Part shown: piece by piece, positions 7,651 through 17,239 of the stretch
Layout of the letters: the number at the start of each line of letters is the position of its first letter
How positions within the stretch are numbered: position 1 is the first letter of the stretch
Assembly (NCBI GenBank): GCA_964610875.1
Contig: CAZSWP010000029.1
Span: 1-32,399 of the forward strand
Source: an uncultured archaeon
GTDB taxonomy: Archaea; Asgardarchaeota; Thorarchaeia; Thorarchaeales; Thorarchaeaceae
Direction: 5' to 3'
Length of the DNA: 32,399 nt
Program-made: the position numbers and the translations under genes
Notes under the pieces: generated by a model
Databases searched by the model: none
The model's input: the letters and a program-made list of their open reading frames with translations, nothing else
What the model was told of the DNA's origin: nothing

Positions 7651-9870
7651 ATGTCAAAACAGATCGTCATTGTGGGGATTATTGTATGTCTATTCTCTAT
7701 CTCTCCAAATCAAGTGATTTCAAGTGTTTCAGTGAATTATGAGTATCAGACAGCTAGAATATCTTCTTGGGGTCCCTTCCTTGACAGAATAGTCTATAAT
7801 ATTATTGAAAATGAACAGGATCAGGTTTCTGCTTTAGTTAACGATGAGATTGATATAATTGGTCATCCAGTTAATCTATCCTATTTTGATGGTGTTATTG
7901 GTGTCGAAGACATCTCTCTTGAGTCAACCACGGCAAATTCATACATGGCTTTCATTTTCAATTGTGCAAAATACCCATTCAACATCACAGCATTTCGTAG
8001 AGCTTTTGCATATGCATTAGACAAAGAAGCTATGGCTGAGTTATGGATTAGTGGGAGTCGGACATTCGCAAGACCAATGGATTCATGTATTCCCCCACAA
8101 AATCCGCTCTCAGCTGAAAAAGATCTGGAATTCAGCTATACCATTTCAGATATGGAGAAGGCAAACAGCCTGCTTAACAATGCAGGATTCATGAATTTAG
8201 ATTCGGATGAATATAGGAAGAATCCTGATGGTTCCAATCTAGATATCTCGCTAGAATACTTCTCCAATTGCAGTGCTGTCCAATACACTCTGGCTATGGC
8301 AATGAGTATTTTTGATGATTTAGGAATCAATGTCACATGTGTTTTCAACAATGCTGGCTTCGGATGGATTGACAGTAGTTCTGGAAAAGTAGTAAATGAC
8401 AATTTTGACATCGGATATACAAAGATAGATCTAAGGAATTTGGATGCTGAATGGCTGGGCTATGAATATTGGTCTGAAAATGCCAACAAACCTGGCTATA
8501 ACAAAGCTCACTTTCAAAATACAACCTACGACTCCTTCAGAGATTCACTACTTCACTCAATAAACTACTCAGAGGTTTCTTATGCTGCAAAAAAGATGCA
8601 GAAAATCATTGCTTACGAATGTCCAATTGTTGTGAGTCATGAGATTCTCAATACCTATGCATATCGTACTGATAAGTTTGAGAATCATCTGAATGAGATG
8701 ATTTACGGTGCAACTGGACGGTATAGTCTTTGTAAGGTACAGTTGAAAGCAATTGAAGGTGGACCTTATGGTGGTGCCTACAGAATTGGAATAGGTGAAG
8801 ATATACACTCCTTCAATCTTTTCAAATCTGAATCAATTGAATCCGGACAGATACTGAGCTTGTTGTACGATTCATTATTGACAAGGGATTCGAATGGGAC
8901 GGTCAGATCTCTTCTAGCAATAGATTGGGTCTTGGAAACTCATAATGACAACGAAAAAGTAGCGAGAGGAAACACAAGAATGACGTTCAAAATAGATCCC
9001 ACTGCTGTCTGGACGGACGGCATTCCCTGTACTGCTCATGATGTAGCTTTCTCTATAAACTACTACTTAGAACTAGAGAATCATTGGTTACATGATGCAG
9101 TTTCAAATGTTATTGCTGCTTATACGAATGGTGACTATGTTATTGTAGAGTTCAACAGCGAATCATATTGGCACCTCAATACCGTTGGATTTCTACCCAT
9201 AATTCCAAAGCATAGCTTTCAAGATATCTCTGTTGAAGATTGTTTTGAGTACGAACCTAAACCCCCTGAAACCCCCATGGTCACAATGGGTCCATTCAAT
9301 GTATCAGAACGAGTAACTGATGAGTTCATAACCCTCATAGCCGATTTTTCTTACTATCATCTGGATCCATATGAAACTCAAATCAGAATAACTAACGGTA
9401 CTATATATGAGGGTTTTAATCCAACTAGTTTCTACCACATGTTTGATCCACCAGCTAATATCATTCTATCTGGCTGTGTCTATGAGGTTGTATGGTATGT
9501 CAATGGAGCTATTGGTGGTTATACTATTCATGTTGACGATGAAATTACGAAAGTGTCCTCCAAAGCAGACCATGTTTCGTTTGAACCAAAGTCAAGTGGT
9601 CCATTGGTATTTCAGGCAGGGCTGCATACGATCTCAATATCGGTAAACGATTTTTTTGGTAAGAATTACACTAATGTTGTTGAGGTTTTTGTTCATGATA
9701 CAGTACTACTAGCACTAGGAATTTCGTCATTGGCAGCTACAGGTGTCATTGCCTGTGGTATAGTAATTATGGGCTTCTATGATAGAAGAAAAATCAAGGA
9801 CATATCATATAGAAAATCACGTGACTCAAAGATGGTATTCAATGTCCATAAGGAATCCGAGTATAGATGA
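7651..9870 (+). CDS. ABC transporter substrate-binding protein, family 5 (Opp/Dpp-like), circularly permuted, C-terminal membrane anchor
   Basis: Signal peptide MSKQIVIVGIIVCLFS; FNCAKYPFNITAFRRAFAYALDK; LYDSLL...LAIDW...WTDGIPCTAHDVAFS...GPF; TM segment VLLALGISSLAATGVIACGIVIMGFY. Alternative start 7624. Confidence 0.85.
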   Translation: MSKQIVIVGIIVCLFSISPNQVISSVSVNYEYQTARISSWGPFLDRIVYNIIENEQDQVSALVNDEIDIIGHPVNLSYFDGVIGVEDISLESTTANSYMAFIFNCAKYPFNITAFRRAFAYALDKEAMAELWISGSRTFARPMDSCIPPQNPLSAEKDLEFSYTISDMEKANSLLNNAGFMNLDSDEYRKNPDGSNLDISLEYFSNCSAVQYTLAMAMSIFDDLGINVTCVFNNAGFGWIDSSSGKVVNDNFDIGYTKIDLRNLDAEWLGYEYWSENANKPGYNKAHFQNTTYDSFRDSLLHSINYSEVSYAAKKMQKIIAYECPIVVSHEILNTYAYRTDKFENHLNEMIYGATGRYSLCKVQLKAIEGGPYGGAYRIGIGEDIHSFNLFKSESIESGQILSLLYDSLLTRDSNGTVRSLLAIDWVLETHNDNEKVARGNTRMTFKIDPTAVWTDGIPCTAHDVAFSINYYLELENHWLHDAVSNVIAAYTNGDYVIVEFNSESYWHLNTVGFLPIIPKHSFQDISVEDCFEYEPKPPETPMVTMGPFNVSERVTDEFITLIADFSYYHLDPYETQIRITNGTIYEGFNPTSFYHMFDPPANIILSGCVYEVVWYVNGAIGGYTIHVDDEITKVSSKADHVSFEPKSSGPLVFQAGLHTISISVNDFFGKNYTNVVEVFVHDTVLLALGISSLAATGVIACGIVIMGFYDRRKIKDISYRKSRDSKMVFNVHKESEYR

Positions 9871-10738
9871 TCTGAACAAATCATCGAAATTGTGATGATA
9901 CACGTGCCCAAGTGTGGAGATGAGTTGCTGATATTGCTCTTTAAGGTTGTTTTTGTTTATAAAGAGCAACTTGAAAGCTCACTAAAAATCATAAAACGAC
10001 CAGCAGTTCTATGGCTAGAATCAAATGTGAGCTTACAATATCCTGCAACTCTTTAATCTCCACTCTACAAAATACTCGCAATTAATATTGAATGCTCTTG
10101 TTCATATGGGTACACAATCATTGCCAATACAATTCCACAACTTTTCTATTGAGTTATTCTCCGCCCACCTTTGCACTGCAAAGTACAAAGTGCAATTACT
10201 GATACCACGATGAATATGCTAAGGACTGCGATTTCGTCGCTCCCCCTAGGATTGTTGCAGCAACCATTGGTTTCCCTATTGCACCTGCGAGAATCAGTAA
10301 AGCAAGAAACAAAGTACAATAAATCGTAGTGTTTCTACAATCGTTCCGTGACTGCTGTCTACTATAATCGAATTGATTATCTTCTCCTTCTAGATACAAC
10401 CACTTGGAAGTCAAGATTAGCTCTCCATTAAACTGGCAACTAGATGCAGGTATATGCCTTTACTTCTGCGTAGATTAAAGAAATATGGAAATGCTTCAAG
10501 ACGGGATGGTTTTAAGGATAGAACAACAATGAATAACCAATACCCATGAGTAATGTTTCCGGTTGGATTGACCCGAGAAGGTGGCATGTTATTCCGCTTT
10601 TGGTAAGGCCTTTATCAAATCACTAACTTGCAATGGCATCACCCAAAATATGTCATAACTACGTTCTTAGGAATCTCCAGCCACGTAATGACAACCAGGC
10701 TTGGATTAATATGTAACCGCATGCAGGAGGTAATTCTA

Positions 10739-11668
10739 ATGTCAGCTTTGGTAAGTATTGAGAAGCGAATCCATCCTTTTCGTAGTGATGATGGCGATTA
10801 TTCCTCTCTACTTGAGTTTATGAAAGAAATGGCTGTGCTTTTTTCTGATGAGTATGACCAAGATTTCCCAGAAACAAGTAGAACTCATGATATGGAACCT
10901 TATGTACATGACATTTACAGAATTGTTTTTGAGAAAGATGGATTTGGATTCAATGTATTTCATAAGATGGGCTATGAACCCAAATATAGTGGGCATGCAG
11001 AAGATACGGTCATGGTATCACTACTAGGCCTTGAAAATGACATGCTATTTGAAATTGAGAATACTCGTTATTATCATAATCCACGTTATCTCGAATTACG
11101 CGTTAATGCTCCAGAATCTATTGCCGGAAAAATCCAAAACGCGTTTCTAGGACATTTCGAAAAAATCGATACTATGACTCCTGAAGAGATTAAGACTGCG
11201 CTCCTCAGTGCTAAGGCTGGAGTTGTTCGTAGGGCTTGGTCTGGTGCTGAAAAATATGCCCGGATGATTTTGAAAGCAGACCCTAATAATTCTGAAGCGC
11301 TATTCTATCTAGGGCTCTGTTTGGCAGCACAGGGTCATACTGAATCTGGTGAGGGTTATCTGCAAAAGGCTATAGACTCAGACCCTGAGAATTATGACGC
11401 GTACTATAATCTTGCACTCATATACATAAATCGGAAAGCGTATGCTGATGCGATTGATCTTCTTGTGAGAGGACTTGCTTTATCAAAGGATAATCATCCA
11501 ATCCTCTACCAGCTTGCAAGAGTGTATGAACTCTCAGGAGACATTCAGAACGCCATTAAGTACTATGAGAGAGCTATTGAGACCAGTCCTAATCCTGGTG
11601 GGCATTTTCACTACACAGGTCTGGATTTTACGGAGCAAGCTGAGACGGCGTTAAAGAAAATTCGTTAA
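10739..11668 (+). CDS. Tetratricopeptide-repeat protein
   Basis: C-terminal TPRs (DPNNSEALFYLG, DPENYDAYYNLA, ILYQLARVYE). GGAGG SD before ATG 10739, preferred over the ORF-track start at 10628. Confidence 0.85.
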   Translation: MSALVSIEKRIHPFRSDDGDYSSLLEFMKEMAVLFSDEYDQDFPETSRTHDMEPYVHDIYRIVFEKDGFGFNVFHKMGYEPKYSGHAEDTVMVSLLGLENDMLFEIENTRYYHNPRYLELRVNAPESIAGKIQNAFLGHFEKIDTMTPEEIKTALLSAKAGVVRRAWSGAEKYARMILKADPNNSEALFYLGLCLAAQGHTESGEGYLQKAIDSDPENYDAYYNLALIYINRKAYADAIDLLVRGLALSKDNHPILYQLARVYELSGDIQNAIKYYERAIETSPNPGGHFHYTGLDFTEQAETALKKIR

Positions 11669-11827
11669 AGAAAAGTTACTTCATCAAGATATATGTCCTG
11701 AGCTAATTGAAGATGGGCGCGACGTATTTGATATTCTATATGGTTATGATGGAAAGAAGTGGCTTTTCGATGCGTTTAACACCTTATCAAAAATTAAAAA
11801 ACTCGTAGAGTAGATTTTATCGTGTTG

Positions 11828-12730
11828 TTAGTTTTCCTCTAGATCTCCAAACTTCTCGCGTGCCTTTCTCACTAGCTCTGTAACTCTCTCAGAATATGGT
11901 ATATAGAACTCTCCAAGTTTAACAAGTGAGAGATTATGTTCGATTATCTTTTGCATGGCTTTGTTCTTTTCAAAACCAAGAAAATGTCTATAGGATCCCT
12001 TGGCGGCCACTGCTGTTGTACCGTTTCCCATGAAGGGATCAAAGATGATGGCGCCAGGTCTTGATGTGAAATCGATACATCGCATTACAAGTTCATTTGG
12101 AAGCTTTGTGCCATTCTTCTTCTCACCTTTCATGTATGTTCGATTTATCTCCCAGACATCTTCTGGATAATGCTCGATTTTATTGAAGTAGTATCTCTTT
12201 CTCTTTGTAAGGAAAAGAAGATGATAATGACTTGTCACGAATTTTTTCCTTGTGAATACTCCAAATTGATACTTCCAGATTATATGATTGATGAGATGTA
12301 GTTTTGTCTTCTCTACAGCTTCAAGCACAGGCAGAAGATTTGTCCAACCGCTGAATATCCACGCAGATCCTTTCTTCTTCATAATTCGTGGGAGTTCGGA
12401 GACCCAAGCATGAGTGAATTTACGGTAGTCCCCTTCAATCTCCTCATAACCATCAATGACTAATGACTCGTCTCGATTATAGAGGGCTTCTTTTCCAGAG
12501 AATGAGATTCCAAAAGGAGGGTCTGCTATGACTGTGTCAATGGATTCGTCAGGGAGATGTTTCATTCCTTTTATACAATCACTAAAATGAATCCTATCAA
12601 CTTCGAAACTTGGAATGGACTGTTCATGAAGCTTCCTTGCCTCATCATGACTCCAGTCCTCATTTGGCTTGAACTTTGCTGCCGCCTTATGAGGGATGTA
12701 TTTCCTCTTTCTTTTCTTCTTTGAGGGCAT
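11828..12730 (-). CDS. Site-specific DNA methyltransferase (N4-C/N6-A, beta class)
   Basis: Motif IV DPPF precedes motif I DPFMGNGT (beta order); NHIIWKY; TKLPNELV. ATG at 12730 chosen; the ORF track starts at 12775. Confidence 0.92.
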   Translation of the reverse strand: MPSKKKRKRKYIPHKAAAKFKPNEDWSHDEARKLHEQSIPSFEVDRIHFSDCIKGMKHLPDESIDTVIADPPFGISFSGKEALYNRDESLVIDGYEEIEGDYRKFTHAWVSELPRIMKKKGSAWIFSGWTNLLPVLEAVEKTKLHLINHIIWKYQFGVFTRKKFVTSHYHLLFLTKRKRYYFNKIEHYPEDVWEINRTYMKGEKKNGTKLPNELVMRCIDFTSRPGAIIFDPFMGNGTTAVAAKGSYRHFLGFEKNKAMQKIIEHNLSLVKLGEFYIPYSERVTELVRKAREKFGDLEEN

Positions 12731-12853
12731 CCCGTTCACTGGCTCAAATTCTACGTAGATTCTTATAAGACTCACTGGGTGTCTTTATGAGAACGAAAAA
12801 GGAAAGGTGTTCAAACCATAAAGGGAATGAACACCAAAACATTTTCTTTTTGA

Positions 12854-13552
12854 TCAAGTTAGCCAAGCAAGAAATCTCATTATTGGATTCGTTGATCCTT
12901 CAAGTTTGGGTCCAATGTACTGGTCTAAGCCAACATATCTTCCCGCTTGATACATACCTATTACCATGAATGCAATGGCTCCAACGAAGTTTATTCCAAA
13001 GGTTGATACACTAAGCCAACCAAGGAGGAACAGAAATGTCCACTGCATCACTACTCCACCGATTACACCAAGTCTTGTGAAGCCTCCAACAAGCATTGAT
13101 AATCCAATCAGTAGTTCGCCTACTGCAATTAGAAGTAGGAATGCTTGGTAGTTGGCAAGTAGCATTGTGAGTACAGCTTGAATCCAAGGACTTGGTGCAG
13201 AGGAGGCTCCAAATCCTATCAAACCAGGACTAGCTAAGTAAGTGGTGTCTATCAACTTAGCTATACCTCCATGAAGGAATTCGTAGGCCAATGCAAGTCG
13301 AAGTGGAAGTAACAAGCTCTTTTCAGCGAATTTTTCTGGCCAAGCCCATCTTAGTAGTATGATTGTTGGCACCAAGACAATTGGTAACACCACTAAAGGT
13401 GACATTATCAGGTCAAGGTTGGGTACTAACAAATTCTCATCGCTCAATATCCATTGTGGACCCAATGAGAGTATAGATATCACAATTAGTATGGCGTCTG
13501 TCACAAGTATGAGTATGATTGCTATCAGACTCTTTTGATTGTCAAACATCAA
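12854..13552 (-). CDS. DoxX/DoxD-family integral membrane protein
   Basis: Multiple TM helices; LRLALAYEFLHGGIAK, GELLIGL...GGFTRLG and AGRYVGLD motifs. Confidence 0.8.
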   Translation of the reverse strand: MMFDNQKSLIAIILILVTDAILIVISILSLGPQWILSDENLLVPNLDLIMSPLVVLPIVLVPTIILLRWAWPEKFAEKSLLLPLRLALAYEFLHGGIAKLIDTTYLASPGLIGFGASSAPSPWIQAVLTMLLANYQAFLLLIAVGELLIGLSMLVGGFTRLGVIGGVVMQWTFLFLLGWLSVSTFGINFVGAIAFMVIGMYQAGRYVGLDQYIGPKLEGSTNPIMRFLAWLT

Positions 13553-13569
13553 AATCTCCTATCAATTAT

Positions 13570-13581
13570 TAACAATTGTTA
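13570..13581. promoter_or_regulatory. Palindrome upstream of the DoxX gene
   Basis: TAACAATTGTTA perfect 12-bp palindrome between an AT-rich TATA-like element and the start; AT-rich, so chance is possible. Confidence 0.35.
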
Positions 13582-13620
13582 TTATATAAATTAACTACTT
13601 ACTGCATGGTAAGTGTGTTT

Positions 13621-14310
13621 TTATCGCATAACCGCGTGTAGTCTAGCTCTCCCTTTTTTCCCAACTTGTCTTAGAACTCCCATTTTGAGCATACAATAGG
13701 TTACTTTCTCTGCCAGTCTTCTTGGTATGTGTAAATCCCTTGCTAAATCTGCATTCGTAAAGGCAGATGGAAGCGAATTGGGTAGTAATATTAACAAGTC
13801 CTTCGGGTTATTGAAATGTATTCTATCAACGACTTCCAATAGTCGCGTGTCAACAACGGACCACCCTTTTCTTTTCCAAGACCCTTTGCCATCCTTCCTC
13901 TGTACTTCTTCGGCTTTCACAAGGACTAGTTCTAAGGAGAAATTCGGGTTTTCAAGCAGTCTTGGGAGACTCACAAGTTCAATAAACACATGTAAGAAAT
14001 CTTGCTTCTTGGGTGATTTTCGTCTTCCCATCTGATGACGACCATCAATTGTTTCTCTAACTATCCATTTTTCAGAAACTAGAGGATGAACCAGTAGGAC
14101 ACGATGGTCCTTCACTAAGGTTCTTAGCTTCTTCCGAATTGAATAGAATCTTTTTGTTTGAATCTCAATTAATTGTCCATTCCTCTCAATATCAATGACA
14201 TAGCCATCAACAGGTACTTCCATTGTATCACTAGTGTCTGCATAGATCTCTTTCAATTGTTGGTGCAGACTGCTCTCTTGGAGCGTTCCAATGATTGGGT
14301 CTCCTGTCAT
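13621..14310 (-). CDS. Hypothetical protein, PD-(D/E)XK nuclease-like with C-terminal winged HTH
   Basis: ESSLHQQLK...EVPVDGYVIDI...LIEIQTK; C-terminal FTNADLARDL...YCMLKMG. GAGG SD before ATG 14310. Confidence 0.75.
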   Translation of the reverse strand: MTGDPIIGTLQESSLHQQLKEIYADTSDTMEVPVDGYVIDIERNGQLIEIQTKRFYSIRKKLRTLVKDHRVLLVHPLVSEKWIVRETIDGRHQMGRRKSPKKQDFLHVFIELVSLPRLLENPNFSLELVLVKAEEVQRKDGKGSWKRKGWSVVDTRLLEVVDRIHFNNPKDLLILLPNSLPSAFTNADLARDLHIPRRLAEKVTYCMLKMGVLRQVGKKGRARLHAVMR

Positions 14311-14320
14311 AATTAACCTC

Positions 14321-14785
14321 TCATTCCATTCTCTTGATCCAGATTGTAGCATTGTTCTCCGGATAGAAGTTATTTATCTCGATTACTTCTTCAAAATCCA
14401 TTGATTTGTAGAGATTTCTGGCTGGAATATTGTTGCTCTCCATAAACAAATAGATGACTCTTAGACGAGAACTCCTCTCTTGGAAAAAAGATGTCATCTC
14501 ATGCATTGATGATGTTATCAGTTTTGTTGCAATTCCTTTTCTCCTGAGTACCGGTCGGATTCCCCTCCCTGTGATTTCAGTAACTCCATCTTCTACTCCC
14601 CCTCTTACATCCCATGAAAGAGAACCCAAAAGATGTTCTCCTGAAAAAGCCAGAATAGTTTTCATCTTGTTCAATAGATCATTGGCAAATTGTTCAGCAT
14701 GTTCTATTGACGGAGAAATGTCCTCCCTATACACATTGGCAAGCAGCTGAAAGTCTTCTTCGGTTGCATTTCGGAACTGAATCAT
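14321..14785 (-). CDS. GNAT-family N-acetyltransferase
   Basis: RRKGIATKLI acetyl-CoA motif A; NIPARNLYKSMDF motif B. Confidence 0.88.
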   Translation of the reverse strand: MIQFRNATEEDFQLLANVYREDISPSIEHAEQFANDLLNKMKTILAFSGEHLLGSLSWDVRGGVEDGVTEITGRGIRPVLRRKGIATKLITSSMHEMTSFFQERSSRLRVIYLFMESNNIPARNLYKSMDFEEVIEINNFYPENNATIWIKRME

Positions 14786-14901
14786 ACTTGTAGCTTGTAG
14801 AACTCTGTTAAGAAATGTGGTATAATCTCTACAAAATATGGTCTACATAGCAAGTTCGCTCGGAAAATAGAAAGAGAGCGTGAGAGTTACTGAAACCTCA
14901 C

Positions 14902-15681
14902 CTATTCAAGTATTAAAACAGCATCCACGAACAACTCATAATCTTCGTCTTCATCCAGATTCTTGATGAGTACTCTTTCTACTTCATCTTCTCCTCGTAT
15001 CTCTAGTAATCTGGATTCATAGAGTATCTTTACTGATGAGTTTTGTAATTCCTCTTTCAGTTCATCTGTTGTGATGATCTCTCTCTCAGGAGTCAGAAGA
15101 ACAACTCTATCTGTTACACTGGTAAGTTCTAAGGCCGCATCAACGGACTCATCACCTGAATGGATCACCAAGGTTCGTTTTTCTTCGAATTCATCTGTGT
15201 CCATTACAGAGTTGAAGACTCCTTTGTACATGAATTCCTCTTTTCCTATAACACAATCCGGAGACCCGTCTTCAGCATCTTCAATAGGCTCTTCAAGTTC
15301 CCCACGACCTCGTCTATAATTCTTAATAGCTTCATGTAACGCATCAGCAGCTAGATTTGAACAATGCATTTTGATAGGGGGTAGCCCATCGAGTTCTGTA
15401 GCCACATCATCTCGAGTAAGTTTGAGTGCTTCGTCCAGTGTCATTCCTTTGACCATCTCAGTTGTCATACTTGTAGTGGCTATTGCCGAGCCACATCCGA
15501 ATGTGCGGAATTTCGCATCGGTGATTCTGTCATCCTCAATTTGAATGAAGACTTCCATAATATCACCACATGTGGGGTTTCCTACCTTTCCAATGGCAAC
15601 ATTGTCACCTTCGAGAATTCCTACGTTACGTGGATTTCTGAAATGATCTAATACTTTCTCTGAATACTGTGTAGATTTCAT
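14902..15681 (-). CDS. iscU: Fe-S scaffold IscU/NifU fused to a degenerate thioredoxin-reductase-like domain
   Basis: YSEKVLDHFRNPRN, GNPTCGD, FGCGSAIA, LPPIKMHCS; extra C-terminal domain of about 120 aa. Confidence 0.92.
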   Translation of the reverse strand: MKSTQYSEKVLDHFRNPRNVGILEGDNVAIGKVGNPTCGDIMEVFIQIEDDRITDAKFRTFGCGSAIATTSMTTEMVKGMTLDEALKLTRDDVATELDGLPPIKMHCSNLAADALHEAIKNYRRGRGELEEPIEDAEDGSPDCVIGKEEFMYKGVFNSVMDTDEFEEKRTLVIHSGDESVDAALELTSVTDRVVLLTPEREIITTDELKEELQNSSVKILYESRLLEIRGEDEVERVLIKNLDEDEDYELFVDAVLILE

Positions 15682-16862
15682 TATGTCATCACCCTCTTTG
15701 GTTTATCATAAATTGGAGATAAATCTCTGAGTCTGCTTACCACTTCTGGAATGGCCTCAAGAACAATCTCTATGTCTTCGTCCGAAGTGAACCTCCCCGT
15801 TGTGATCTGGAGTGAACCATGCGCTTCTTCGTGTAGCAGTCCGGTAGCTATTAGAGTACGTGAAGGTTCAAGTGTTTTGGATGTACAAGCGGAACCTGTA
15901 GATATTGCGATTCCTCTGTCTTTGAAGGACAATAGTATCGATTCACCTTCAATGCCATCAAATCTGAAGTGAGAATTATTTGGTAATCGTTGTGTTGGAT
16001 GTCCATTTAGGTAAGAATCTGGAACTGAATTTAAGACAGTTTCAATCATGTGGTCTCTATACCTCTGCAGCCGTTTCGTTTCATCCTTCATTTCATCCCT
16101 GGCGATATCAGCAGCTGCAGCCATTCCTACTATTGCAGGTATATTTTCTGTTCCTGAGCGCAGACCTCTTTCCTGTCCACCACCCAATATTATTGGATTC
16201 GCCCTGAATCCTCTTTTCATATAGAGAATTGCTGCACCTCTTGGTCCATAGATATCATTTGATGAAAGCGTCATTAGTTTGATATGGTCTTTCTCGACAT
16301 CAATTTCCATCTGACCTTCTGCAGCTACTGCGTCTGTATGGAAAGCTATTCTCCTTTCTTCAGCAAATCTGCCAATATCCTCTACATTTTGAATCGACCC
16401 AATCTCGTTGTTGGCATAACCAATCGAGATCAATAATGTATCATCTCTTATTCTACTCTCAAGTTTCTTTAGGCTAACATGACCATACTGATCCACTGGT
16501 ACTTTTGAAACTTGAAATCCCATTCTCTGCAGGTACTTTGCTAAGTTATGAAGTGATATATGCTCAATCTCAGAGATTATCAGATGATTTCCTTTTCTTC
16601 GATTTCTTTCCATGTATCCGATGAGAGCTTGATTTATTGATTCCGTGGCTGATGATGTAAAGACTATTTCATCGGGATGTGCATTAATGAATCGTGCTAT
16701 TCGTTCTCTACTCTTCTCTAAAGCTTCCGTTGCCATATCCCCTATATTATGTAATGCTGAAGGATTTCCAAAATGCTGCCTGAAATATGGCATCATTTCT
16801 TCTAGTACCCTTGGGTCCACTGGTTTCGCTGATTGATAATCCAAATACACTCTGTCTTGCAT
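15681..16862 (-). CDS. iscS: IscS/NifS-family cysteine desulfurase homologue (PLP Lys replaced by Asp)
   Basis: VYLDY, FGNPS, IEH, ANNEIG, HTDAV, SSNDIYGPRG, RSGTEN, STGSAC. ATG at 16862 avoids overlap with the upstream gene; stop overlaps the iscU ATG. Confidence 0.92.
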   Translation of the reverse strand: MQDRVYLDYQSAKPVDPRVLEEMMPYFRQHFGNPSALHNIGDMATEALEKSRERIARFINAHPDEIVFTSSATESINQALIGYMERNRRKGNHLIISEIEHISLHNLAKYLQRMGFQVSKVPVDQYGHVSLKKLESRIRDDTLLISIGYANNEIGSIQNVEDIGRFAEERRIAFHTDAVAAEGQMEIDVEKDHIKLMTLSSNDIYGPRGAAILYMKRGFRANPIILGGGQERGLRSGTENIPAIVGMAAAADIARDEMKDETKRLQRYRDHMIETVLNSVPDSYLNGHPTQRLPNNSHFRFDGIEGESILLSFKDRGIAISTGSACTSKTLEPSRTLIATGLLHEEAHGSLQITTGRFTSDEDIEIVLEAIPEVVSRLRDLSPIYDKPKRVMT

Positions 16863-16875
16863 CTTCTTTCCCCTA

Positions 16876-17229
16876 CTAGAACCACATAGTCGCATCCGCT
16901 TCTAGTGTCAAATCATTTAGCGTAGCTGCTCCAACAATCTTCAGGTCTGGATCCAACTCGACTTTATCCCAGCCAAGCATTTGCTTTGAGGCTTCACAGA
17001 CATATACTGGTATCCCCATCTCTATCGTTTTCTTTAGCATCTCAGACAGACTTGGGAATGCCCCAATCTTTATTCTCTCACCTGCGCCTGGCTTTAAAAC
17101 TCGCAATGCCTGACCTAGATAGTAGACCTTGGCTTCAATATCCATCGCTTTTGCAGCTTGTGCTAGAACTAATGGTGAGTATTGTCTCTCTGGATCTTCA
17201 CTCGTTTGTACGTAAAGTATTGAACTCAT
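16876..17229 (-). CDS. DsrE/DsrF-like sulfur-carrier family protein
   Basis: 117 aa; VYYLGQA, GIPVYVCEAS and IVGAATL pattern of the DsrE fold; lies between tusA and iscS. Confidence 0.8.
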   Translation of the reverse strand: MSSILYVQTSEDPERQYSPLVLAQAAKAMDIEAKVYYLGQALRVLKPGAGERIKIGAFPSLSEMLKKTIEMGIPVYVCEASKQMLGWDKVELDPDLKIVGAATLNDLTLEADATMWF

Positions 17230-17239
17230 TCTATTTCGC

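Noticed and set aside
10171-10195. TTGCACT...AGTGCAA inverted repeat
   Set aside because: Only 7 bp with an 11-nt spacer and no clear associated gene; chance is plausible.
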